Assembly: GCF_006345805.1 (NCBI RefSeq)
Contig: NC_043008.1
Location: 60,450,001 to 60,514,000 of the forward strand
DNA from: Octopus sinensis
Taxonomy: Eukaryota
Direction: 5' to 3'
DNA: 64,000 bases
This document shows, piece by piece, positions 41,411 to 54,087 of this stretch. The stretch's first letter is position 1; each line of letters begins with the position of its first letter. Made by a program: the position numbers and the translations under genes. Under the pieces are notes generated by a model, which was not told where the DNA came from, searched no databases, and saw only the letters and a list, made by a program, of their open reading frames with translations.

Positions 41411-41841
41411 GGTGAATTGAAGAAATGGAGCTGAACGCAGATTGAACAGAAACCGTTTTATTTCATTCTACACGTGTTTCGAAAGGCACAAATTACCAAA
41501 ATCCGATTGAATAATGGGACCATATTGTGTCTTTCTCTTCAGGAAGAAAATAGGAAATCCGTTGGAAAAACAAAAACAGAACAGAGGCGGAGCAAAAACA
41601 AATCGAACTATGCTCCTAAGAGCCCATGGCGAAACTGAGTTTCTGTTCAATCTGCGTTCAGCTCCATTTCTTCAATTCACCAATAATGTTTTAATTTCAA
41701 TTATCCGCACCAACGCACGGTTGCAACACCATATGGTTGTACCTCCAACCGTGCTGTTTACTGCTGTGATTTTTGCTACTAAGGTATCGGTTAAACTTTT
41801 GATTAATCTACTACAAGATTATTCATCTTTCTATTTCACAT
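41408..41841. mobile_element. Penelope-like-derived element with internal inversion (head-to-head halves)
   Basis: 41408-41627 is colinear with part of the 31647-32017 element, and 41639-41841 is the rest in inverted orientation. A perfect 46-bp inverted duplication lies at 41408-41453 and 41639-41684. (TA)n on both flanks. Confidence 0.8.
41461..41549 (-). ncRNA. Type I hammerhead ribozyme, core intact
   Basis: Minus strand: TTTCTTC-CTGAAGA-GAAAGACACAA-(loop)-TTGTGCCTTTC-GAAA-CACGTGTA/GAATGAAA. Stem II pairs at 10 of 11 positions with a G-C closing pair; stem III is the palindrome ACACGTGT; cleavage triplet GUA, predicted cut between 41469 and 41468; AATAAA just downstream. Confidence 0.88.
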
Positions 41842-41845
41842 AATA

Positions 41846-41911
<66 letters not shown>

Positions 41912-42624
41912 ATATACATATATATATTTGTATGTATATATATATATATATATATGTATGTATATGTATATATATATATATGTATGTATACATTCATACA
42001 TACATACGCCCACATATATGCAGATACATATATATACTTATATACATGTCTACATGTATATGTATGCAATATATGCAGGCATACACATATATCCATACAT
42101 TTACGCATACACACACACCGGCACACAGACAAGCACAGGGCACGTAGGTTATATAATGTATGTACATTGAGGAAGAACACGCTGTGAGCTCCGTTTCTTT
42201 TCCTCACACAGATTTGAAATGCATCGTTACTATGGGTTCAAAGAATGCATTTTAGGTCCGCTGCTGACCTGTACTTTCTGTGCCACAACGCATTCCTTAA
42301 TTTCCATTGATATATGAGATGTTAACATGCCTTGTACACTTGCTTTTGATCAAGAGACATAACGATATTTTATGAATTTTAAAAGGGTTCCCTCAATCGA
42401 TGCGGTACATGAGGTCACTATCTTGCGCCCTAGAGAGCAGAATAGAATGCCAGATAATGCATGTTGATATTTCTTTTATACTTCAACACAACGAGGGATC
42501 TATGATGTTGCACTTGTTGCAGGCAGCTTAAAGAAAATTAACAATTATATATGTATACATAAGAACGCGTGTAATATCTGCATCTATTATGAACAAAATT
42601 CTATATGCGTGCATGAATATATGC

Positions 42625-42634
42625 ATGTATCTAT

Positions 42635-42716
<82 letters not shown>

Positions 42717-42737
42717 CTCTATCTATCTATCTATCTA

Positions 42738-42772
<35 letters not shown>

Positions 42773-42797
42773 TTCTGTCTGTCTATCTATATATCTA

Positions 42798-42832
<35 letters not shown>

Positions 42833-42850
42833 ATTTATCTATCTATATCA
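42625..42850. repeat. (TATC)n/(CTGT)n/(TA)n microsatellite
   Basis: Direct inspection. Confidence 0.95.
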
Positions 42851-43472
42851 TATATATATGTACTTAAAATAATCATCTATACATGTATATATGTATGTAT
42901 ATTTATAAATATGTATTTAATTATAAATGTATATATGTATATATGTGTGTGTGTATGTGTGTAGATATGTGCAGATGCAGTGATAGATAATTACATATCT
43001 ATCTCTCATTCAACACAAACACAGACACAAGCACACACACACACACACACACACATACACACACACATGCACACACACACACACACACACGCACACACAT
43101 ACACCCATATATATATATATAATTAGGTCGTGCACTTTGGGCGGATTATTTGTTTGCTAATCCTCGAAGCACTCGCAAATACCTCATTGCATTGGATTAA
43201 ATCTTACTTGAACCATAGATATTGCAACTAGTTAACAGCTAAAGCTTCAACAACAAGACCAGCTAATCCTGCAATAATAATCCCACATCATGCTGGGATT
43301 AAGCACAATATATCTCAATGTCGTATTTATTTTGTTCATGTTTGTTATGTCCCTAAAGCTTATGCTGTTTCTTTACAGAATCTATGTATTTTTGTGTGTG
43401 TCTTAGTCGATGTGTGCTTGTCTGCCTTTGAGAGAAAACGCATTTGTCTCGCTGCGGGTAAAATGAATGTAG

Positions 43473-43549
<77 letters not shown>

Positions 43550-43692
43550 CATCTATCTACCTATATACCTATCTATCGATCTATTTATCTATTCACACTC
43601 ACACTCACATATATGTATAGATATATATATTATGTATGTATACGTTTGTGTGTGTTATTGATAACTTATATATATATATATATATATATATA

Positions 43693-43904
43693 CTCTTACT
43701 CTCTCTTTTACTCTTTTACTTGTTTCAGTCATTTGACTGCGGCCATGCTGGAGCACCGCCTTTAGTCGAGCAAATCGACCCCGGGACTTATTCTTTGTAA
43801 GCCCAGTACTTATTCTATCGGTCTCTTTTGCCGAACCGCTAAGTGACGGGGACATAAACACACCAGCATCGGTTGTCAAGCAATGCTAGGGGGACAAACA
43901 CACG

Positions 43905-43950
<46 letters not shown>

Positions 43951-44124
43951 CATATATACGACAAGTTTCTTTCAGTTTCTGTCTACCAAATCCACTCACA
44001 AGGCATTGGTCGGCCCGGGGCTATAGCAGAAGACACTTGCCCAAGATGCCACGCAGTGCGACTGAACCCGGAACCATGTGGTTGGTTAGCCAGCTACTTA
44101 CCACACAGCCACTCCTGCGCCTAT
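43693..44124 (-). mobile_element. SINE group A, full length
   Basis: Complete from head (ccactcctgcgcctat) to tail (tactcttttact); internal (CA)(TA)n. Confidence 0.93.
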
Positions 44125-45092
44125 ATATATATATATGCGTCAGTGCATGTATGTATGTTTACATATATATACGATATTAACACAAATACGCATACATACA
44201 TAATACATATATGTGTGTGTGTATATAATGGATGCTCCTCCGAATTTGTGGTATCAATGTTCTGTTTCTTGATCAATAGCACGTCTTGTATATTCAATTA
44301 TATGGAAAAGGGGTTCAGTATTCAATATATAGGTACACATTCAGAGATAAATACATATATTCATATATGTTTTACTACATATATATATAAATAAGGAGAT
44401 AAGTGTATATGTATGTATGTCTGTATGTATGTATGTACGTATGTATGTATGTGTGTATGTTTATATATATATGTATGTATATATGCATGTGAGTGTGTAT
44501 GTGTGTGTGTATATTTGTGTGTACTTATCAATCTATCCATCTCTCTCTGTATCTGTTTCTCCTCTCTGTGTATATGTATAAGTATTATATGATATTATAT
44601 CACACACACACACACATGCAGATAACATAGGATTGCATAAAGTGATTAACTGTTGATATCTTCTTCACTCGAATTATTACTATTTCGCGGTAGAATGGAA
44701 ATTTATAGTGTCATGTTCACGGCTTGACCCAGGGCAATAGCGTTTGTATGGAGTCAAATATTATGAAACTTTGATGCCATACCAATTTCGATTAAACTAT
44801 ATGAGTAAGATCGCTCTTGTTATAAGATAGTGTCGCATATATAACGATATATCTCGATATTGTTGTGGAAGATATTGTTATTTTCCAAGTTAGAATTGAT
44901 CACGATTAAAAATCATGAATAGTTTTGCTATAACTATTTCTCGTTCCGTGGTCGTTATCAGATCTAATGTATAGAAAATTACACTATCCATCATCTTTTG
45001 TTTCAAGAAAATACACTCAGAAATGTGGAATAGTTGGTTTCAACTTCTCGTAGTTAAGGGATCGTGGATGGGTATTCATATTGACTTGTATA

Positions 45093-45669
45093 TATTGTGC
45101 ATTTGTCCAGGAAGTTCGTGCAGATTTATAGTAGCTTACCTTTCGACTGATTTTAGAACATGGTTGAGTCCATAAAATAGGATTTGACTACACCTCTATT
45201 TAGATCACAGTTTAAGCTATCTTTTCGTGGAAGAAGGTTTGTTATATTCCTATAACCTTTGTTAATTCTGTAACCCTTTAAAATGGAAGATAAGAAAGTT
45301 CCTTTTTGGCACTTGATGCTTTGGTAACCAGACAAAAATTGCAGCAGCTCGGCTGTGATGTGTTACCCTACCCTCCATATTCACCAGATATTGCTCCTTC
45401 GGATTTCCACTTATTCAGGTCTCTGCAGAATAATCTTAATTGTAAAAATTTCAATTCCTTGGATGCAGTAAAAAGATACCTTGATGAATTCTTTGCCATG
45501 AAACCACCTTAATTCTGGGAAGAGGGTATTTTCAAGTTAAAGGAATGATGGTTACGCATTGTACAACCAAATGGTTCATATTTGGTTGATTAAAAATGTA
45601 ATGGCAAGTATTTAATGACCTTTTTTCCTTCCTTTAAAAATCCGCACGAACTTCTCGGACAGTCCAATA
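45093..45669 (+). mobile_element. Non-autonomous mariner deletion derivative, second copy of the 16191 family
   Basis: TIR remnants ttgtccaggaagttcgtgcagattt and aaatccgcacgaacttctcggacagtccaa|ta. MEDKKV..WHLML (ATG at 45283) is joined to VTRQKLQQLG...PYSPDIAPSDFHLFRSLQN at the same junction as the 16191 copy. Confidence 0.93.
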
Positions 45670-45681
45670 TTTATGTTTTTT

Positions 45682-46048
45682 CTTTCACGTGTTTCAGCTA
45701 TTTGACTGCGGTTATGCTGGGACACGACCTTAAAGAATTTTAATCAAAAGATTGTACAACTGTACATATATTCAAAGCTTGATAACTTCTATATTGGGGA
45801 TTTTGCCGAACTGCTAAGTTACGGAAACGTAAAAAACCGGTTGTCAAGTTGTGGTGCCGGACAAACACAAGCGCAAAGACACATACGCACATACATGGCA
45901 GGCCTCTTTCAGTTTCCGTCTACCAAATCCCTTCATAAATTTCTGGTCGACCTGGGGCTATAGTAGTACTTGCCCATGATAACACACTGTAGAATCGAAC
46001 AAGGAACTATGTGACTAGGAAGCAAAATTCTTGGCTCACAGCCACGTC
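45682..46048 (-). mobile_element. SINE group A, old diverged copy
   Basis: gtttcagctatttgactgcgg...ttttgccgaactgctaagttacgg...tttcagtttccgtctaccaaatcc...cacagccac. Confidence 0.78.
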
Positions 46049-46537
46049 TGTTTCGGATCTATATTGCCACAATAAACTAAACATAAATACGGGAACATCA
46101 CTGAATGAATTAACTTAGGGGAAGAATCAAAGTACGAATTACATTTGTATATAAGTATGAACGTAATGTAATGTCTTATACTGAACTTATAATTTCGAGA
46201 TCAAGGATTGAAGAGTTAAGAATTAGAAATAAATGCAATCAATATAAAAACATTACGTCTTATGACATATCAGGCTCCCTTTTGTCGACAAGAAGGGGAA
46301 AAAGCGACAGAATTTAATGATGTCGAAAATATTATTTGATTAATGACATGTGTGTAATAAAAAGTATGAGTATTTTTTTAATATTTTAAATGCATTTTCA
46401 ATATTTTCAGAAAGCAATTATTTTGTCGTATATAAGCAGCTATACGTACAATCTAATATTTTAAGAACACACACACAAACACACTCACACACACACACAC
46501 AGATATACATATATATATATATATGTGTGTGTGTGTA

Positions 46538-46641
<104 letters not shown>

Positions 46642-47589
46642 GTATATATATGTACATATATATACATACACACACACATATATATATTAGTGGCCAAATC
46701 ATTCTGATTTGGACGCTGATAATAATGAAAAATACGAAAGCAAGCAGCTCTTCAGTTGTTAATATTTGATTATTTTTAAAGTCATTAAAGATAAAGCAAG
46801 ACATACACACACAGACACATGTGTATGAATATACAGAAATATAGACTTCGGCATACATAGATAAATATACATCAAAGAAGTCTTTATCTTCAATAAACTT
46901 ACGAAGATCGAAATAAAAAAATTTAATCTTTCCCCAAAGAAAGAATGACACAAGAGATTCCATTTAAGGGTTTCCATTTATATAAATCCATATAAGATAG
47001 TAAGCTACAGTTTCTATTCTTCTCTTTCGTCTCCCCTCTCGCTCCCTCATATATATATATATATATATATGTTTCCATACAGATAAGTGCTCAGAGACGA
47101 AACACGAAATGTCTCTTCATACGGAATATTGTTGGTTCATTTAAAATGTTTTCGGATTAAGCACCCCTTTCTTCTACGCAACAAACACAAAAGCATTTCC
47201 TCTACAATATAAGCGTATGAGCAGCAATAACAAAATCCGAATGTTCAACATATATACTCATATATATATATATATATGTTTGTGTTCTGCCGATCATTTT
47301 ATATAACTCTGAGTGCGCGTCTATATATATATATATGGTATGTACGTATGTGCATTGAGACACTGTTTCTTGTCTTGTAAATCGAGTTTGGGATTCATTG
47401 CTTTTTGAGTTACCCTACCGTAGTTCGCAAGGAAATGAAATGTTCAGCTTGATATATTTACCAGTTAGATAGAACATCTAACTTTTATATTTGAAGTAAT
47501 TGCTTTCACATTTCCCTGGGATGAATGCTCGGTATATGTAAATAGTAGAATCACGTAACGTGTACATATAATCCTTCATGAATTCTCTA

Positions 47590-47755
47590 AGTGATTATGT
47601 GCGTATATGCATATGTATGTGTGTTGCTGTTCGTGTTACTATATATATGTATGTATATATATATGTATATATATATATGTATGTATAGATATATATATAT
47701 ACATACATTTGTACATATATGAATATTTTTATATGTATGTATATATGTATAGATG

Positions 47756-47791
<36 letters not shown>

Positions 47792-47862
47792 ATATATAAT
47801 ACATCTGTACATATATACATACATATAAAAATATTCATATATGTACAAATGTATGTATATGT

Positions 47863-47940
<78 letters not shown>

Positions 47941-48075
47941 GTATATATATATGTATATATATATATATATAAATATATATATATAAATATATATATATGT
48001 AGATATATATATACATACATTTGTACATTTATGCATAATATATATATGTGTGTGTATGTGTATGTATGTATGTGT
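47590..48075. repeat. (TA)n-rich tract containing a 60-bp inverted duplication
   Basis: 47698-47757 and 47800-47859 are reverse complements with one mismatch. Confidence 0.9.
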
Positions 48076-48609
48076 GTGTGTGCTAGCATCCAAAAGCAAA
48101 GGCTTGTATGTGATTATGTGAGTGCGTGTGTAGAGAATGTATATAGAACTGAAATTATCTCCGATACACATATTGAAAGTATATAATATTAATTGAAACA
48201 GCAATGCAATGTCAGGCAAAGGTTAATACGTGAACACAATTTCCATATATGTAAGGTTAATTTAGCAATGTCTTATATACATTCAAAGATCTCTCACTTC
48301 AACTCGAACGTTTGTAATTACAAATATTTCCGTGTGCTTTTTAACCTGTCAACCGATTAAGTAAATCAGAAAAGAAGAAGAAGAAGAAAAATAAAGAAAC
48401 AGCAATAACAACAAAAATCAATTTCAATTACACACACGCAAGCAAAAATACTAAGCATATGCACATATAGATATCGACATAAGCATGAGTATATGTACGT
48501 ATAAAGTTAATGCATTTGCACACACATTCTGGGAGAGAGTGTTCCACACGCAAACGGAATATTTACCCGATCAATGGCAGTTGATTTTAAATCATTCGTT
48601 TGCGTCTGT

Positions 48610-48693
48610 CAGTATATATATAGATATATATATATATATAGATATATATATATATATAGTATATATATATATTATATATATATATAATATGAG

Positions 48694-48727
<34 letters not shown>

Positions 48728-48794
48728 TATATATATATATATAGATATATATATATATATATATATATCTAATATATATATATATATATATAAT

Positions 48795-48890
<96 letters not shown>

Positions 48891-48910
48891 TGAGTATATA
48901 TATATATATA
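48610..48910. repeat. Long (TA)n tract
   Basis: Direct inspection. Confidence 0.95.
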
Positions 48911-48940
48911 TAAAATATTATTCGATACAAAACCCTATTT

Positions 48941-49012
48941 CAAAACAAACAAGGAAAGACTTAATTAATACAAAATTTTATGTATTAATTAAGTCTTTCC
49001 TTGTTTGTTTTG
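48941..49012. repeat. 72-bp palindrome (perfect 32-bp arms)
   Basis: CAAAACAAACAAGGAAAGACTTAATTAATACA-aaatttta-TGTATTAATTAAGTCTTTCCTTGTTTGTTTTG. Confidence 0.95.
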
Positions 49013-49135
49013 CAAAATAGTGGTTTTGTCTCGAATAATTTTTATAATATTTTACTATAAAATCGATTTAATCCTAAATCTGATTTTTCCCTGTAATTTG
49101 GATTTATTCCCTAATATTTATTATTATATATATAT

Positions 49136-49193
<58 letters not shown>

Positions 49194-49194
49194 T

Positions 49195-49421
49195 ATTTCT
49201 TTATGCCCACAAAGGGCTAAACATAGAACGGACAGACAAAGACAGACAAAGGGATTAAGTCTGTTGCATCGACCCCAGTGCGTAACTGCTACTTTATTTA
49301 CCGACCCCGAATATGATGAAAGGCGAAGTCGACCTTGGCGGAATTTGAACTCAAACGTAACGGCAGACGAAATACCGGAAAGCATTTCGCCCGGCGCGCT
49401 AACGTTTCTGCCAGCTCGCCT
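49195..49421 (-). mobile_element. SINE group C, full length
   Basis: cccacaaagggctaaac...gtcgaccttggcggaatttgaactc...cgtttctgccagctcgcct. Confidence 0.92.
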
Positions 49422-49499
49422 ATATACATACACACGGGATTACTAAGGAAAGGAGACGACAAACAAATATTGGTAAATACCTGAGCAAGCACTCCAAAA

Positions 49500-50222
49500 A
49501 TGGTGAGAAGTCTCGCTTGGAGAGAGGGCTGTTTGAGATTGAGAACATTCTGCATCACTCTCACGACGAGGAGAGAGCAGCTAAAGAAGCTTGGGTTATA
49601 GAAAATATCATGTCGAACCCTAAAGCTTTCTTTAACGTTGCCAAAGAAACAGCCTCAGTACGCCCCGACATAGGTTCTCTCTTCCACAAAAAATGGCTCC
49701 CTCATAGGAAACCCAATGAGGGTAAATGGAATAAGGAAGGAACAGTTCCGAGGTGTGTTCACTACACCTTTGGGACGCAGACGAATGAATAAACCAGCAA
49801 AGTTTTTGCCACTTTACCTGCTACCAAAGAGGTAAAAACTGATTACATCAACATTAAAGATATAAATCTAGTCATGTTGACATAAACTCAGCTGCTGTCC
49901 TTTATGGATGCTCGGCAGTCCTCCTCAAATCGTGCAAACGTGCCCTTGCAAAAACCACTGCATCTTCTTTTCCAGAGCTTCTTGCAAGTGGTAACCTACC
50001 TGAAAAACTGAAGGAAGGGATGATATGCCCTGTCCATAAGGGACGAAGCAGAGCTGATACTAAAAATTATAGGTTTACTTCTGACCTCATACATCAGCAA
50101 AATCATGAAATGAATAGTTCGCAAGAAATTTATCGCGTTCCTTGAAGAAAATGACTTGCTGATTTCGACCAGGTAGTAGATGCCTAACACAGCTCTTGCA
50201 ACAATGCGACTGGGTGTTACTT
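49500..50222 (+). mobile_element. CR1/L2-type LINE ORF2 fragment (endonuclease-RT linker and start of RT), disrupted
   Basis: Piecewise translation: EAWVIENIMSNPKAFF...RPDIGSL; LQKPLHLLFQSFLASGNLPEKLKEGMICPVHKGRSRADTKNYR; LTSYISKIM; FLEENDLL; CLTQLL. These are typical N-terminal RT-region motifs of CR1/L2-group LINEs. Confidence 0.85.
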
Positions 50223-50438
50223 AAGACATGCCCGCAGCTGCACAACTAGCCACCATTGCTAGTTATATATATATTTATATTATATATATGCATTTGCATG
50301 TGTGAGTGTGGGTATACATATATGGTGTATATATATGTCTAGGGATGGCCTCATTCACACACATACATACACACCGGACAAGCGCACACACACACAGACA
50401 CGCGCGCACATGTATGTACCAAATACGTATATATACCC

Positions 50439-50670
50439 ATTTCTTTATTACCCACAAGGGGCTAAACATAGAACGGACAAACAAGGACAGACATAGGTAT
50501 TAAGTCGATTACATCGACCCCAGTGTGTAACTGGTACTTAATTTATCGACCCCGAAAAGACGAAAGGCAAAGTCGACCTCGGCGGAATTTGAACTCAGAA
50601 CGTAACGGCAGACGAAATACCGCTAAGCATTTCGCCCGACGTACTAACGTTTCTGCCAGCTCGCCGCCTT
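50439..50670 (-). mobile_element. SINE group C, full length, low divergence
   Basis: Closest to the family consensus seen in this window, head through tail. Confidence 0.93.
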
Positions 50671-50984
50671 ATATATACCATATGTATATACCATATACAT
50701 TACATGCACGTTATAGAATACTGTCATATGGCATTACATGTGTTAAAACTAGCAGCCAAATCTCCATCAAATTATACCTAATCATTTTTAATCACTATGG
50801 GTGGAATATATATGGTCGTCATAGATGTTATCAGCACTCAGAAAGGGACCACCTTCATGGATTGAACGTTTTCAGGTCTGGTGTCATCTATATGTAAGGG
50901 TCTATATTTGAAGGTCTTCATATATGCACTATTCTCAGTGTGTTATGCATGCTTATGCATGACTGTCTGTCTGTCCCGTAAGTA

Positions 50985-50995
50985 TGTATGTATAC

Positions 50996-51028
<33 letters not shown>

Positions 51029-51145
51029 TGTATGTATGTATGTATTTATGTATGTATGTATGTATGTATGTATGTATGCATGTATGTATATATGTATGTA
51101 TGTATGCATGTGTGTATGTATTTATGTATATATGTATGTATGTAG
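50985..51145. repeat. (TATG)n microsatellite
   Basis: Direct inspection. Confidence 0.95.
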
Positions 51146-51320
51146 GAAGCTCCAGAAGTGAATAAGTAATATTCCGAGGAGCGATACGCTATATCCAATC
51201 TGAAATAAATAATATTACACAAATAGACCTATGGACCTATAGTTAAGTATTTTCTTTTCGCTTACTTGCAGTTCACAGCAGCCTGAACGTGAATCCAAAT
51301 TGTATTACTTCCCTCTTGTT

Positions 51321-51354
<34 letters not shown>

Positions 51355-51779
51355 ATATGCGTTCGTGCATGTATGTGTGTGGAGGGAAGTGTGTAAGCAT
51401 ATGCGAGTAGACACACGTCTTAAACAGACACATTTTGTCACAAGAGACTGACATGCTCCCTTCCATCGGATAAACCAGGTTCAACGGAAAAAAAAAATCG
51501 TTATTGATCTCCGTCAGTCAAGTGACATGATGAAAAGAAATAAACGTTTAGACATTCCATCGTGCATGCATGAATGCATGTGGTGCAGTGATAGGAATTT
51601 CGTATGAATGCCTGATGCGACGAGTACTTTCTAAGCATATTTCCACTATTACTGCACTAAATGCCTCTCTCACGAACCTGATGTGTAGGAGTCTCCACTC
51701 ATGCGCGAACGCGGAACATACTCTCACCCACTGCTTCCACAGACTTACTTTCATTTCTTTGTCTTCCCTTCTTCGTATC

Positions 51780-52085
51780 ACTACTGCTACTACTACTACT
51801 ACTACTACTACTCTGACTACTTCTACTACTACTACTCTGACTACTTCTACTACTACTACTCTGACTACTTCTACAACTACTACTACTACTACTGCTACTA
51901 CTACTACTTCTACTACTACTACTAATCTGACTACTACTACTATTACTACTTCTACAACTACTACTACTACTACTGCTACTACTACTACTTCTACTACTAC
52001 TACTAATCTGACTACTACTACTATTACTACTTCTACTACTACTGCTGCTGTTGCTGCCGCTGCGACTACTACAACTATTACTACT
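51780..52085. repeat. Degenerate (CTA)n repeat with internal block duplications
   Basis: Blocks such as ctacttctacaactactactactactgctact...ctaatctgact...tatta occur twice. Confidence 0.92.
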
Positions 52086-52629
52086 ACTAATCTGACAGCT
52101 TTTCCTCTAACTATCATTTTTTTGTTCTTACTATTGTTGCTGTTGTTGTTAGTACTGCTGCAGCCACCACGACCACCACGACCACCACGACCTCCGACAT
52201 TATTGTCTTTTGTGTTAATATTTCAGCGATGAAGTCTAACGCGGACCATGGAGGAAATTGAAATGAAAGCGCAAAGAAAAGGATAAATTACAGTGTATAA
52301 GAATGAAAAAAAAAACCGGAAATGAGAATAACCTTTGCTAGGGATATTTTGCGTGTAGACCACGAATATAACATCCCTTTCTTTCTGTGACCCTCCAGTT
52401 TCTTGTAAATTACCATCTTACTTACGCTAAATGCACTGATGGTTCCATAGGAATTGAGTGCAAACAGAATTGCACCGAAACTGATAACTCAAAAAGTTAT
52501 GAACAGATTATGATGTAATTTTAATGGGATGTTTCAAATGGATTTGTCAACCTAACCTATGAAAATTATAAAAGTGCACTCAATATTATTATAGTTATAT
52601 GGGTCCAAATCCGTGGTAAATCTGACATG

Positions 52630-54087
52630 AAACCACACCTCATCACTCAACTTGAACTCAGTAATCTAGTTCGTGATCTAACATTTAGTAAGCAACAGAG
52701 TGAAATCCTGGCCTCATGTCTGCAGCAATAGAACCTGTTGGATAAAGATGGTTGAATTAGAGTATTTAGGAAGTGTTCCGTAGATCTACAGCAATTCTTC
52801 ACTTTGGAAAACAATTTGACTTATTGTAATGATATCAGAGACCTATTCAATACCTTTGAGCAGACCTGTGAACCAAATGAGTGGAGGCTATTCATAGACA
52901 CATCCCTTTACAGCATAAAAGCGGCTCTGTTGCACATTGGGATTCCAATGGGCAACCAATTTGCTCACTCAATCATTTTAAGAGAGACATTTAAGAACCG
53001 CGCTTTTATCCTAGACCGCATAAGTTACAAGGAACACGAGTGGTTAATTGGTGGGGACTTGAAAGTAGCCCTACTTAATGAACTATAAATTGGATACACC
53101 AAATTTATGTGCTTCCTTTTCAAGTGGAACACTAAGTTCAGATCAGAACTATATATACGCTGAGAACTATAACGCCTGAATGCCATAATGTAAGGCATGA
53201 ATCACTAGTTATGTAGGAGAAAATCATTTTGCCACCACTGCATGTAAAGATAGGGCAAATGAATCAATTTTCAAAGCACTGCAACATAACAAGCCATGTT
53301 TCCAGTACCTCAAGGCGACCTTCCCTAAAATAAGTGACACCAGGATTTAGGAGAGCATTTCGTTGGCCCTCAGAATCGTCAATTTATAGCTTCTAAGGAC
53401 TTCGACGCAACAATGGATGAAACTGAGCTTGCGGTCTGGCAAGCATTCAAAGATGTATGTAACGGACTTCTGGGAAAGCACCAAGTGGTCCAGTGAGAGC
53501 GTATCGGGGAGAGTTTAATCGAGTGCTACCAAGATTTCGGATGCAATATGTCACTGAAGATACATTTTCTTCATACTCATCTGTCCATTTTCCCAGAGAA
53601 TGCAGCAGATATGAGTAATGAACATGGAGAGAAAAAATGAACATGGAGAGAATGATGAACATGAAGAAGTTACATCAAAATATAACGTCAATGGAAAACA
53701 GGAATGAGGGAAAATGGGGCCCAGCTATGCTTGCGGACTTCTGCTGGAATCTGAGGCGTGACACACCGAGACGTCTTATAAAAGAAGTAAATATTAAAAT
53801 GCAGGTTAATACATTATATAATGCTAACAAACATGCCGATTCATTATATATTTATGAATTAATTACAGTGGACATATTTAATCTGATTTGGGTACAAAAA
53901 TAAATTTATGGTATCGTGGAAATTAGTATAAATTGCATAATTATTAAGTTGGTAATTTACAAGAAAATGTGATGTGATGGGAGATTTTTGTTATAGAATT
54001 CGAATATAGCACTATCAACTTCATAATAAAATCTACATGAGAACTATGTCTTTTTTTTCCGTTGACTCAGAAATTTGTTGTACAGTG
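52630..54087 (+). mobile_element. Chapaev3-like (CMC superfamily) DNA transposon fossil: transposase pseudogene and right end
   Basis: KPHLITQLELSNLVRDL...EWRLFIDTS...HEWLIGGDLKV...GYTKFMCF...ILPPLHVK...MSLKIHFLHTHL...MSNEHGE...LHQNI..MENR.EGKW...MLADFCW, with many stops and frameshifts. Ends CAGTG|TTA at 54087. The Chapaev3 label comes from my recall of these motifs and of the CAC..GTG termini with TWA target site. Confidence 0.78.

Noticed and set aside
51548-52232. Mucin-like Thr-rich 220-aa ORF
   Set aside because: Length comes from the (CTA)n repeat, the antisense frame is equally open, and the unique flanks show no recognisable homology or convincing splice pair.
51478-52440. Left TIR of the Chapaev-like element (tcaacggaaaaaaaa at about 51481, or CACTG at 52434)
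   Set aside because: The matches to the right end are only 5-15 bp and there is no matching TWA target site.
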